NCBI GenBank assembly: GCA_963677895.2
Contig: CAXXGJ010000004.1
Location: forward strand, 1-41,482
Length of the DNA stretch: 41,482 bases
Direction: 5' to 3'
Source: Treponemataceae bacterium
Lineage (GTDB): Bacteria > Spirochaetota > Spirochaetia > Treponematales > Rectinemataceae
A model generated the notes under the pieces. The model did no database searches. It saw nothing but the letters and a program-made list of their open reading frames with translations, and was not told where the DNA came from. Positions 28,937 to 38,252 of the stretch are shown piece after piece; position 1 is the first letter of the stretch; every line of letters starts with the position of its first letter. The position numbers were made by a program, and so were the translations under genes.

Positions 28937-29269
28937 TTAAATTACGCGCCCTTTGGAACCTGAAGTCTCTAGAGATTCCTGATAGATGTCGGCATAGGTT
29001 GTCAAGCCCTTGATCAGATCGTCGCAGAAAGCCGCCACGTCGCTGCCCGTCACTTCAAGAACACTCTTGCCCGAAGCCGCGCCCTCTTCGAAAAGATCCA
29101 TGATCCCCGAAAGTAAATTCGTCCCTTCAGTCAACTCGACAGGGCCGACCTTGAAGAGATATTTTTGAATTTCCTTATAGACGATCCGATACTCTTTCGG
29201 GAGCGCTTTGACGCGCGCTACATGGGCTCGCCACTCTTTCTTCCCTTCGATGATATCGTGCATGCTCAT
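28937..29269 (-). CDS. DUF1048 protein (C-terminus possibly replaced)
   Basis: KKEWRAHVARVKALPKEY...DLFEEGAASGKSVLEVTGSDVAAFCDDL. Confidence 0.85.
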   Translation of the reverse strand: MSMHDIIEGKKEWRAHVARVKALPKEYRIVYKEIQKYLFKVGPVELTEGTNLLSGIMDLFEEGAASGKSVLEVTGSDVAAFCDDLIKGLTTYADIYQESLETSGSKGRVI

Positions 29270-29278
29270 TGTATTCTC

Positions 29279-29626
29279 CTATTTGCCTAGTTTTTTGGCG
29301 ATAGCGTGGTTAAGCTGCTCGCGCCACTTGTCCTGGAAAGACTTGGCCCCTTCTTCGCCGAGGAGGGCTGAACAGAAGCCTTGGATATCGTCGCCCAATA
29401 CCTCTTGTATACTCTGCCCCTCCGCCGCCGTTTCTTCGAGGAGTTCCAGTACGCCCTCGATGATGGGCATGAGGTTGCGCCCGGTGAAATCCGAACGCGG
29501 CCACAGATTTGCTTTGATTTTTTCCCATGCCGCCTGATAATCGGCGGGCAGTTTTTGGGCTCGCGACTCAAAAGCTTTCAACGCTTTATCCATGTCGCTG
29601 CCGGTGATTTTTTCCCAAAAATTCAT
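29279..29626 (-). CDS. DUF1048 protein
   Basis: MNFWEKITGSD...LPADYQAAW...LLEETAAEG...DIQGFCSAL; start overlaps the PadR stop. Confidence 0.85.
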   Translation of the reverse strand: MNFWEKITGSDMDKALKAFESRAQKLPADYQAAWEKIKANLWPRSDFTGRNLMPIIEGVLELLEETAAEGQSIQEVLGDDIQGFCSALLGEEGAKSFQDKWREQLNHAIAKKLGK

Positions 29627-29958
29627 TATTTTCTCTCCTTCAGTTCGTCCAATTTCGATGACAAGAACTCCCATTTTTCCCAGAACTTCCGCAGTTCCTT
29701 GCGCCCCGCGTCGTTCAGCGCGAAAAACTTGCGCGGCGGCCCCATATCGGATGGTCTTTTTTCCATGTCCACGAGCTCATTCTTCTCGAGCCGCACTAAA
29801 ATCGTGTAGACCGTTCCCTCCACGACATCGGTGAAGCCGAGAGCGTTCAGCCGCCTCGTGATTTCATAACCGTAGGTTTCTCCGCGGCTTATGATTTCAA
29901 GAACGCAGCCCTCAAGCACGCCTTTCAGCATTTCCGTCAAGTTTTCCAGCACGATCAC
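29626..29958 (-). CDS. PadR-family regulator
   Basis: LKGVLEGCVL, YGYEI, EGTVYTILVRLEK and GPPRKFF motifs. Confidence 0.93.
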   Translation of the reverse strand: MIVLENLTEMLKGVLEGCVLEIISRGETYGYEITRRLNALGFTDVVEGTVYTILVRLEKNELVDMEKRPSDMGPPRKFFALNDAGRKELRKFWEKWEFLSSKLDELKERK

Positions 29959-30145
29959 CTCGCTATTCGGTATGACGTATATTCAGTATCACTGACTACC
30001 ACTACACGGTAATACTTATTAGCTTGAGTGTCAATAGTAATTATTAAAAAAGAAGTTCCACACGCGCTTCGCGTACTGCTCGCCCGAGGCGTTGAAGTGG
30101 ACGATTATGCCGGGTACTATAGAAAGCATCAAGGAAAGCGGAAAA

Positions 30146-30694
30146 ATGACACCCATCTCACCCGAATCCAAATACTTCCCCCTAAGCCTCGATTCCCTGC
30201 GGGCGCTCGGCGGCTGGACCGCGGACTGCGCGGAGAGGGTCTTGGGCGTATACGAGGCATTTTCGGGCGAGGATCCGCGCCCTCGCGAAGCCATAGAGGG
30301 AATAAGGGCATTTGCCGCCGGGGGCGCCAGGACCGCCAAGCTGCGTACCCTCGCACTCGCGGCCTATGCCGCGGCCAGGGAATCGAACAATCCTGCCGCG
30401 TCGGCCGCCGCCAATGCCGCATGCCTCGCGGCATCGAGCGCCTACACCCACCCACTGGCCGATATCCAACAGACAAAGCACATTCTCGGCCCGGCGGCCT
30501 ATGCGGCGCTCGCCTTAGAATTAAGCCATGCAGAGAATATAGATATAGGCGACCGGGAGATCCGCTGGGCTATAGAGCGCGTTCCGCGGGAAGCGCGGGA
30601 AATTCTTCTCCATATGCCCGCGAGGAATCTCGGAACGGGAAATCGCCTCGACCGGCTGATGTACGATCTGGACGTGGGTATTCGAGGAAAATAA
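30146..30694 (+). CDS. Imm5-like 'putative immunity protein'
   Basis: WTADCAERVL.VYE...DPRPREAI...A-rich...AYTHP pattern. Confidence 0.65.
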   Translation: MTPISPESKYFPLSLDSLRALGGWTADCAERVLGVYEAFSGEDPRPREAIEGIRAFAAGGARTAKLRTLALAAYAAARESNNPAASAAANAACLAASSAYTHPLADIQQTKHILGPAAYAALALELSHAENIDIGDREIRWAIERVPREAREILLHMPARNLGTGNRLDRLMYDLDVGIRGK

Positions 30695-30700
30695 TTTCGT

Positions 30701-31132
30701 TTAAGCTTTCCCCAGCATCTTCAGGATTATGTTCGCGGGAAATATCTTCCGCTTCATGACGACGGACAAGGCGTACAGGCCTTGCGCCGCTCCTATCGCG
30801 AATATCGCGATATGCATGGCGTTTATTTCTTCCATTACCCAGCACTGGATGACGATCCAGCCAAGCGTGACGGCGGCCATCGCTCCCTGAACATAGGGGG
30901 CGAATCGAGCATTTTTCCAGACGACGATCCCTGTCGTTATGTGCCCGATTCCGATTACGATAAGGAGCGTCAGTCCGGGAATGAAGAAATCGCTGAATGG
31001 GCCATTCCGCAAGATCTCCGTCGATATGCCAAACGGTCCCGCCGGCGTCGATACCGCCGCGTATCCGCCCAACAAGCCCAACATGCCGACAAAGAAATGC
31101 AGCGCTATCACCACGATCCTAAGTATTTTCAT
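30701..31132 (-). CDS. Small multi-pass membrane protein
   Basis: GPFSDFFIPGL.L, GWIVIQ; hydrophobic; ATG at 31132 (the ORF extends to 31180). Confidence 0.65.
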   Translation of the reverse strand: MKILRIVVIALHFFVGMLGLLGGYAAVSTPAGPFGISTEILRNGPFSDFFIPGLTLLIVIGIGHITTGIVVWKNARFAPYVQGAMAAVTLGWIVIQCWVMEEINAMHIAIFAIGAAQGLYALSVVMKRKIFPANIILKMLGKA

Positions 31133-31191
31133 AGACAAAACATCGACAGCAAAATGCGCGATCTCAATAGGGATTTTCATGGGTAAGATCT

Positions 31192-31237
31192 AGAAAATCC
31201 GCAACTATGCTGCGGAAATATCAAGAAAATCCGCAAG
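31192..31237. promoter_or_regulatory. Probable XRE operator repeats
   Basis: AGAAAATCCGCAA occurs twice, plus the inverted pair TCCGCA-N7-TGCGGA, between the divergent membrane gene and the XRE gene. Confidence 0.5.
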
Positions 31238-31302
31238 AGGCTCGCCCCGGCGCTATCGTTTTGGTAGAATGAAAGTCCGTGGGCGCGCGGAGCGGGGGAA
31301 GC

Positions 31303-31914
31303 GTGGAATTCAACGAAAAACTGCAGTTCTTCAGAAAGAAGAGCGGCTTGACTCAGGAACAGCTGGCCGAAAAGCTAAATATATCCAGGACCGCCGTGTC
31401 GAAATGGGAGATCGGCAGGGGATTCCCCAACATAGAGGCGCTCAAGAACATTTCCAAGGTTTTTCAGGTCCCCATCGATGACCTTCTTTCGGGCGAGGAA
31501 CTCATCACTATCGCCGAGAGCGATAACGCCGCGGGTCAGGACAAGGTCTACAGCCTTGTATTCGGCGTCCTGGACCTATTGGCGCTGGCCCTGATCTTCC
31601 TGCCCCTGTACAGCCAGAACGATGGCGGGTACATCCGCACCGTCAGCCTGATCAGGTATTCATCCTCTCCATCCATCAAGGCTGTCTTTTTTATTCTTCT
31701 GGCGATGCTCGCGCTCCTGGGAGCGGTGGAGATCGCCGCCCAGTTCTTCGACGACAAAAAGGCGCTCGTCTACGGCCGGCGCGCTTCAATCTTTCTCCAT
31801 ACCCTGGCGGTTCTCTTCTTTACGATGACGAGAGAGCCCTATATCGCCCTCTTCTCGATACTCCTCCTTCTATCGAAGCTCCTCCTCCTCCTGAGGAAAT
31901 CCCTGAAAAAATAG
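31303..31914 (+). CDS. XRE-family HTH regulator with C-terminal membrane domain
   Basis: LTQEQLAEKLNISRTAVSKWE.G...P HTH followed by TM segments. Confidence 0.88.
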   Translation: MEFNEKLQFFRKKSGLTQEQLAEKLNISRTAVSKWEIGRGFPNIEALKNISKVFQVPIDDLLSGEELITIAESDNAAGQDKVYSLVFGVLDLLALALIFLPLYSQNDGGYIRTVSLIRYSSSPSIKAVFFILLAMLALLGAVEIAAQFFDDKKALVYGRRASIFLHTLAVLFFTMTREPYIALFSILLLLSKLLLLLRKSLKK

Positions 31915-32079
31915 CGGAACTCAGGGCGAATATCACCGATGACACGAAAAGTGTCGCAAAATACCCTCTTCTGTCGCCCAAGGTGACGAATCGTTTCTCG
32001 AAATCGAGGCCGAGCGAGAGCCATACTCTGCCCGGCTTCCGGAAAGCCGCAAATTCGGTTTCGAGAAAGGATGGATTGT

Positions 32080-32691
32080 ATGGATGGATCTGGCATCACT
32101 CAATGGCTCAATGACGCGTTTTCGGGTTTCGACGGCGGCATTCTTCGCGCGCTTCACGACTTCGCCCGGATGACCGACGGGAGGTTTACCGGCATCTTTG
32201 AGGCGGTAAGCATGGTCGCGGAGAAGGGCGCCGGCATGTTCCTTCTGGGGATTGTTCTCTTCGCCTTCAAGAAAACGAGGAAAACAGGGGCCTGCGTTTT
32301 CGGCGCTGTCGTATTCGGCGCCCTCGTGACCAATATTCTATTGAAGGATCTAATCGGCCGCTCCAGGCCCTTCCTCGACGCGGCGGACTCCCTCTACCGC
32401 GAATGGTGGATCTTCGTCAGCTCGCCCGCCGAGGACGGATTCTCCTTCCCTTCGGGCCACGCCACCGCGACAATGGCGGCGATGACGGTCCTCTTCTTCA
32501 AGGGTAACAGGAAAGCGAGCTGGCTTTTCTTCGGAATTGTCATCCTCATGGGCATCTCCCGCTGCTACCTGATGGTTCACTATCCTTCCGATATCCTGGG
32601 GGGAATGGTGGCGGGAGCTTTGGGCGCCGGCCTTTCGATCGTCTGCGTTGAACGCCTGTACGCCAAAATGCTGCCTCATAGCCAAGGCTGA
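32080..32691 (+). CDS. PAP2-family phosphatase
   Basis: K....R.RP, SFPSGHA and SRCYLMVHYPSDILGG motifs. Confidence 0.92.
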   Translation: MDGSGITQWLNDAFSGFDGGILRALHDFARMTDGRFTGIFEAVSMVAEKGAGMFLLGIVLFAFKKTRKTGACVFGAVVFGALVTNILLKDLIGRSRPFLDAADSLYREWWIFVSSPAEDGFSFPSGHATATMAAMTVLFFKGNRKASWLFFGIVILMGISRCYLMVHYPSDILGGMVAGALGAGLSIVCVERLYAKMLPHSQG

Positions 32692-32724
32692 CTGGCTCGT
32701 CCACTAAAAAAATGCGATTTTCCC

Positions 32725-32782
32725 TTTACAGAATTTAAAAATGGGTATTACAATCAAACCTGTAATACAGCTTTACAGCTTT
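32725..32782 (+). promoter_or_regulatory. Promoter and probable FadR/GntR operator of the aldolase-TRAP operon
   Basis: TTTACA-18 bp-TACAAT, then CTGTAATACAG inverted repeat and a repeated TACAGCTTT. Confidence 0.45.
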
Positions 32783-32811
32783 TCATCCCGTTTGGAAAGG
32801 AGAGACTATTG

Positions 32812-33591
32812 ATGACGCAGCTAAAAGAACAGCTCAGAAAGCGCGAACCTTTGGCCGGCATGCATGTATCGCTCGCGGACAGCTGCATAACCGAGCTCTG
32901 CGGATACGCCGATTATGACTTCATCTGGATTGATACGGAACATGCCGCTATCGACTATCATATTCTTCTCGAGCATATCATCGCGGCAAAGGCGGCGGGG
33001 GTGAACTCCCTCGTCCGCATTCCCTGGAACGACGCGATCCTGGCGAAAAGAGTCCTGGAGATGGGCCCGACCGGATTGATATTCCCCGTCGTGAACAACG
33101 CCGAGGAACTCGACAAGGCAATGAAAAGCACGCTCTATCCTCCGTACGGAAACCGCGGATTTGGTCCGATGAGGGCTGTCCGCTACGGCTTCGACGACGC
33201 CGACGAATACATTCGCAAAGGCAGCCTCGACATGGTCAGATGCGTTCAGATCGAGAGCAAGCTCGCGGTCGACAATCTCGAGGAGATGGCAAAGAACCCC
33301 TGGATCGACTGCTTCATATTCGGGCCCTGCGATCTCTCGGGTTCTATCGGCGAACTCAACAGGGTGTTCGATCCGAACACGAGCGACCTGATCGATCGCG
33401 CCGTCGCGATATTGAAGAAGGCCGGAAAATCGGTCGGCGTATCGACCGGAAGCGACGATCCCGAAGTGCTTCGCTACTGGCACGACAAGGGTATCAACTT
33501 CATCAGCGCCGGAACGGATTATCTGCACATAATGAGCGGAGCTCGCAAGGTCCGCGGCATTTTAAGGGAAATACAGGGCCATAGGCTCTGA
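32812..33591 (+). CDS. HpcH/HpaI-family aldolase
   Basis: DFIWIDTEH, YPPYGNRGFG, QIES and FGPCDLS motifs. Confidence 0.92.
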   Translation: MTQLKEQLRKREPLAGMHVSLADSCITELCGYADYDFIWIDTEHAAIDYHILLEHIIAAKAAGVNSLVRIPWNDAILAKRVLEMGPTGLIFPVVNNAEELDKAMKSTLYPPYGNRGFGPMRAVRYGFDDADEYIRKGSLDMVRCVQIESKLAVDNLEEMAKNPWIDCFIFGPCDLSGSIGELNRVFDPNTSDLIDRAVAILKKAGKSVGVSTGSDDPEVLRYWHDKGINFISAGTDYLHIMSGARKVRGILREIQGHRL

Positions 33592-33613
33592 AATAATAGG
33601 GGAGGAATTACCT

Positions 33614-34618
33614 ATGAGAAAAATCAGCAAGGTTCTGATCTGCGTATTTGCCGCCGCGTTGATGGCGATGCCCGCATTCGCCGCGGGGAATCAGCCCACG
33701 AAAATCGTTTTCTCCACGCAAGCGTCGGCCGACGTGAACTATGTCAAGGCGATGTATATGCTCAAGGAAAAAGTGGAGAGCGCTTCCAAAGGCAGCCTGC
33801 TGCTGGAAATTCACGACAACGGCAGCCTGATGACCCAGGAAGGCGAAGTGGACGCCGTGGCGCGCGGCACGCTCGATATGATGTTCAGCTCTCCTTTCCT
33901 TATTTCGAACCAGCTTCCCTACCTCAATATGTTCACCGCGGCATACATTTTCAAAAACCAGAAGCATATGCGCGCCGTGATGGATGGACCGATCGGACAG
34001 ACGGTCGCCGAGGACGTAGCCAAGAAACTTAATGTCCGATGGCTTACCGCGCTTTACTGCGGTTCCAGGAATCTCGATATGCGCAATATCGGGCGCGATA
34101 TCAAGACGCCGGCCGATCTGGCGGGAGTAAATCTTCGAATGCCCAATTCGGCGGCCTGGCTGTTCATGGGCCGCGCCCTCGGCGCCAACCCCACCCCCAT
34201 GGCTTTCGCCGAAGTGTACCAGGGGCTCCAGACCGGCGCCATCGACGGACAGGACAATCCGCTCCCGACGACGAGAGCCCAGAAATGGTACGAAGTCACG
34301 AGCTCCATCGTCCTGACGGGTCATGTGATCGAACCGATGTGCGTGGCCATCAACGAGAAAAAATGGCAGTCGCTCAGCGCCGATCAACGTCAGATAATGA
34401 CCAAGGCGATCAAGGAAATCACGGCCTGGAACGATGCCGCCAATCTTGAAAGCGAAAAGAACGATCTGGAATTCTTCCGCTCGAAAGGCCTGAAGATTAT
34501 CACCCCCGACGTCAAGGCTTTCATGGCGGCGACGGAAAAAGCGTATTTGAGCAACAAACAGATGACGAAAGATTGGGACCTGGATCTCTACAACAAGATC
34601 AAGAATCTCGAGTACTGA
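33614..34618 (+). CDS. dctP: TRAP substrate-binding protein
   Basis: Signal peptide; LRMPNS, GANPTPMAFAEVY and IDGQDNPL motifs. Confidence 0.92.
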   Translation: MRKISKVLICVFAAALMAMPAFAAGNQPTKIVFSTQASADVNYVKAMYMLKEKVESASKGSLLLEIHDNGSLMTQEGEVDAVARGTLDMMFSSPFLISNQLPYLNMFTAAYIFKNQKHMRAVMDGPIGQTVAEDVAKKLNVRWLTALYCGSRNLDMRNIGRDIKTPADLAGVNLRMPNSAAWLFMGRALGANPTPMAFAEVYQGLQTGAIDGQDNPLPTTRAQKWYEVTSSIVLTGHVIEPMCVAINEKKWQSLSADQRQIMTKAIKEITAWNDAANLESEKNDLEFFRSKGLKIITPDVKAFMAATEKAYLSNKQMTKDWDLDLYNKIKNLEY

Positions 34619-34631
34619 GCAAGATGTCTAG

Positions 34632-34660
34632 GGAGAGCCGGATTTCCGGCTCTCCTTTTT
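34632..34660 (+). terminator. Stem-loop after dctP
   Basis: GGAGAGCCGG/CCGGCTCTCC stem followed by TTTTT. Confidence 0.65.
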
Positions 34661-34675
34661 CCCGAGGAGCGTAGA

Positions 34676-35185
34676 ATGGCAAAACCGAAGAAATTATTCC
34701 ACCTGTTTCTTGATATCCTGGAGATATATATACCCGTAGCCGCGTTCGTCGCGCTATTCCTTTCCTTCATACTGCAGATCGTGTCGCGCTATGTTTTCAG
34801 GCATCCTCTGGTATGGCCCTACGAGCTTTCGCAGTTCGGCTATCTTTGGACGATTTTGCTTGGCGCCTGCTACGCGTCCCGCACCGATGAACACATCGTG
34901 TTTTCGATAGCCTATGAGTCGGCTTCGCCTAAAGTCAGGAAAGCCTTCGATATTATCAACTATTCACTCACCATCGTTTTCTTCTGCATCCCGATACCCG
35001 CGACATTCCTGTTCTACAAATTCTATATGAAACGCTACAGCGCGGTATTCAACTTCCCGCTGGGCATCATCTATTTCGCCTTTGTTCCTTTTGTCGTCAT
35101 CACTATTTGCCGCAGCGTTTTCAGGCTCGTGAAGTGCCTTAAAAAGAACCTAACAGAAAACGGAGATGTGGAGGCACAGGTATGA
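34676..35185 (+). CDS. dctQ: TRAP small permease
   Basis: QIVSRY, WPYELS and EHI motifs; four TM-like segments. Confidence 0.9.
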   Translation: MAKPKKLFHLFLDILEIYIPVAAFVALFLSFILQIVSRYVFRHPLVWPYELSQFGYLWTILLGACYASRTDEHIVFSIAYESASPKVRKAFDIINYSLTIVFFCIPIPATFLFYKFYMKRYSAVFNFPLGIIYFAFVPFVVITICRSVFRLVKCLKKNLTENGDVEAQV

Positions 35186-36471
35186 GCTATCAGATAATCA
35201 TCGCGCTTTCGCTTCTGGTGATCGCTTTCATCGTCAAAATGCCGATCGGAATCGGCATGCTCATCAGCGCGACATCCTACCTAATGTTCAAAGGCATGGA
35301 TATGAGCATCGTGGTGGAAATATTCTCGGCCAAGATGTTCAATAATTTCATCCTCATCGCGGTTCCTCTGTTTATTTTCGCCGCCAACCTCATGAATTCC
35401 TCGAAGATCACCGACAAGATATTCGGCTTTGCCAATGTCCTCGTCGGCAGATGGCGAGGCGGCCTGGGGCACGTCAACGTGCTCGCGTCGTTGATTTTCA
35501 GCGGCATGAGCGGCTCGGCCGTCGCCGATGCCTCGGGGCTCGGCATTATGGAAATCGACGCCATGCGCAAAGAAGGCTACGACGATGGCTTCAGCGCCGC
35601 GATCACCGCGGCCTCCGCCGTCATAGGGCCGATCTTTCCGCCTTCGATTCCGCTCGTTATATACGGCGTGATCGCGGGAGCGTCGATTGGAAGCCTCTTC
35701 CTGGCCGGCATGGTGCCCGGGATACTGCTCGCCATCGCGCTCTGCATATACGTCGCCTACATCGCGAGGAAGCGCAATTACCCGAAGGGCATCAAATACA
35801 CGATCAGCCAATTTTTCGGCATGATTTTCAGCGCTTTCCCCGCGCTGTTGACGCCCGTGATCCTTCTCGTGGGCATCTATACCGGAGTGATGACCGCCAC
35901 CGAAGCCGCCGCCGTGGCCGGTTTCTACGCGATGATCATCGCCATCGTATTCTACAGGACGCTGGGGCCGCGCCAGATGCTGCAGGTGCTGAAAGACACC
36001 GTAAAGTCCACGGGCCAAATCGGCCTCGTGCTCGGTTCGGCCTATGTATTCTCCTACATCATTTCCGTGGAAAGGCTTCCGCAGCTCGCGGGCCAGCTCA
36101 TCATTTCCATAGCTTCGACGAGAGGATCTTTCCTCCTCCTCACCAATGTCGTACTTTTCATATTGGGAATGTTCGTCGATTCCGCGGTGCTGCAGCTGGT
36201 GCTCTTGCCGATTCTCGTTCCCATCGCCAGGCAGCTCGGCATCGACATGGTGCATTTCGGCGTGATTTTCACGCTCAATACGATGATCGGGCTCTGCACT
36301 CCTCCCTATGGAATGCTTCTGTTTATCGTTACCGGCATTTCCGGCGAGAAGATGAAAGTGATCATAAGGGAAATCGCCCCGATGATCTTCGCCGAAGTCG
36401 CGGTCTTGCTGGTAGTGACGTACATTCCCGATGTCGTGCTTTGGGTTCCGCGGTTGCTCGGCAAAATGTAG
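35182..36471 (+). CDS. dctM: TRAP large permease
   Basis: GGLGHVN, FSGMSGSAVAD, IFPPSIP and CTPPYG motifs. Confidence 0.93.
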   Translation: MSYQIIIALSLLVIAFIVKMPIGIGMLISATSYLMFKGMDMSIVVEIFSAKMFNNFILIAVPLFIFAANLMNSSKITDKIFGFANVLVGRWRGGLGHVNVLASLIFSGMSGSAVADASGLGIMEIDAMRKEGYDDGFSAAITAASAVIGPIFPPSIPLVIYGVIAGASIGSLFLAGMVPGILLAIALCIYVAYIARKRNYPKGIKYTISQFFGMIFSAFPALLTPVILLVGIYTGVMTATEAAAVAGFYAMIIAIVFYRTLGPRQMLQVLKDTVKSTGQIGLVLGSAYVFSYIISVERLPQLAGQLIISIASTRGSFLLLTNVVLFILGMFVDSAVLQLVLLPILVPIARQLGIDMVHFGVIFTLNTMIGLCTPPYGMLLFIVTGISGEKMKVIIREIAPMIFAEVAVLLVVTYIPDVVLWVPRLLGKM

Positions 36472-36504
36472 TATTGTACGATTCAGGGAAAATGAGGTTT
36501 GACG

Positions 36505-37215
36505 ATGGATAAAATTGATTATCGGGTTGAAAAGAGAAATCTCTACGAAGATGTCGCCGCGAAAATAGAAAACTATATCATCCAGAATGCCGCCCAGTCA
36601 GGGCAGAAGCTGCCTGCCGAAAAGGATCTCGCGCTCAACTTCGGCGTGAGCAGGCCGGTGATACGCGAAGCGCTGAAGCTCCTGAAGGAAAGGCAACTGA
36701 TCGAGTCCCACACCGGCGGAGGAACGTATACCTGCAAGCCCGGCACCCAAAACCTCATCGATGTGATCAAGCGCATGATCCAGATGGACTGCATCGATTA
36801 CACGCATGTATTCAACATGCGCTTGCTCCTCGAGCCCTATGCCTGCCGCCTCGCGGCGCAGCATCGACTGAGCGAGGAGCAGCTCGGCGCGCTCGAGGAA
36901 ACAATCGTCAAAATGATCGAAAATCAGCACAACACCGAAGAGCGAATTTTTTATGACCTGCAGTTCCATACGCTCATCGCGCAGTATTCCGAAAACCCGA
37001 TTTTGGCCACCTTCGTCCAATCGATGACTGGCTTGCTGAAACCGATTATCCGCGAAGCGCTGATACCTTCCGAAGGTCACTTGAGCGGCGTTGAATACCA
37101 TAAACAGCTGCTCGGAATTCTTCGAAAGAACGACGGCGATGAAGCCGAGCGGGTTATGCGCGAGCATCTGCAGGTCTCGACGCGGAATTATCTGAAAATT
37201 CACGACACGAAATAG
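36505..37215 (+). CDS. FadR/GntR-family regulator
   Basis: KLPAEKDLA..FGVSRPVIREAL HTH; FHTLIAQYSEN. Confidence 0.92.
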   Translation: MDKIDYRVEKRNLYEDVAAKIENYIIQNAAQSGQKLPAEKDLALNFGVSRPVIREALKLLKERQLIESHTGGGTYTCKPGTQNLIDVIKRMIQMDCIDYTHVFNMRLLLEPYACRLAAQHRLSEEQLGALEETIVKMIENQHNTEERIFYDLQFHTLIAQYSENPILATFVQSMTGLLKPIIREALIPSEGHLSGVEYHKQLLGILRKNDGDEAERVMREHLQVSTRNYLKIHDTK

Positions 37216-37282
37216 TTATATGCGAAAAGATTTCGGGGAATATAGTATAATCATTCTATCTTGATACTTAATGAGGTTTACG

Positions 37283-37762
37283 ATGATCTTCGACCAGTTG
37301 GATAAGCTGAAAATTTATAAAGGAATTTCAAAAAACATAGATTGTGCCATCGATTATCTTCTCGATAACGATATTTCCATCCTGGCGGACGGAAGCTACC
37401 CTATCGAAACAGATAACGTGATCGTCAACGTCATGTCGTACGCGACGAAAACGCTGCCCGAGGCTGCGTTTGAAGCTCATAGAAAATATATAGACATACA
37501 GATCCTCATCCAGGGCGAAGAAAGATGCTACTACGCGCCCCTCGATGCTCTTGTCGCGTCGGGATCCTTCAACGAAGAAAAAGATATTGGTTTTTATGAG
37601 GGAAAAGAGGGCGGATCCTTTCCGCTGAAACCGGATAATTTCGCGATTTTCTTTCCGCATGACGCCCATATGCCTTCATGCAACCTGATCGGAAAAAGCG
37701 AAGTCAGGAAGGTAGTCGTAAAAATTCGGCATAGTAAAGCAACGCTCGGAGGCGGCATCTGA
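37283..37762 (+). CDS. YhcH/YjgK/YiaL (DUF386) family protein
   Basis: FEAHRKYIDIQ, IFFPHDAHMP and VRKVVVKI motifs. Confidence 0.92.
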   Translation: MIFDQLDKLKIYKGISKNIDCAIDYLLDNDISILADGSYPIETDNVIVNVMSYATKTLPEAAFEAHRKYIDIQILIQGEERCYYAPLDALVASGSFNEEKDIGFYEGKEGGSFPLKPDNFAIFFPHDAHMPSCNLIGKSEVRKVVVKIRHSKATLGGGI

Positions 37763-38226
37763 CCAAGGTTCCGGAACGCGAGCGCGTCGACGCGGCGCTC
37801 TACGCCACGCTTCGCGCGATCCACCATTTCGAGTGCGACCTCTATACGCATTTCGGCCTGGGCTACAAGGAGATCTGCCTGCTCCAGCTGCTCAGACGCA
37901 ATCCGGGCCTGAGGGTAGGCAAGGTCGCTTCCGTCCTCGAACTCCCCCATTTCTCGGCCACCCGACTCGTTCAGCACCTGGAGGCGGAAGACCTCGTTGC
38001 CCGCGTCTCCGATCCGGCCGACCGACGCGCCGTCCTATTATCCCTCTCCGCGAAAGCGCGGAGACTCATCAAGGAAATCGAGGACAGAAGTTACCAACTT
38101 GTCAAAGCCTACGCGTCGGGGCTGTCCGAATCGGAGCTCGCGGGGTTCGTCATGGTAGCCGAGAACCTGGACAAGATTCTCGGCGTATCGGACCGCGCTC
38201 TCGAGACGGTCGGAAAAACCGAATAA
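37759..38226 (+). CDS. MarR-family regulator with probable CTG start (not in ORF track)
   Basis: Open frame LTKVPERE...ICLLQLL...VGKVASVLELPHFSATRLVQHLE..DLV.R..DPADRRAVLLSL; GGAGG at 37748-52; in-frame TAA at 37735. Confidence 0.8.
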   Translation: MTKVPERERVDAALYATLRAIHHFECDLYTHFGLGYKEICLLQLLRRNPGLRVGKVASVLELPHFSATRLVQHLEAEDLVARVSDPADRRAVLLSLSAKARRLIKEIEDRSYQLVKAYASGLSESELAGFVMVAENLDKILGVSDRALETVGKTE

Positions 38227-38252
38227 CTTTTCCGGCGGAAAGCCGGCTGGGA

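Noticed and set aside
30146..30694. Polymorphic toxin-immunity locus
   Set aside because: No toxin or secretion gene is adjacent; Imm5-like genes often occur alone.
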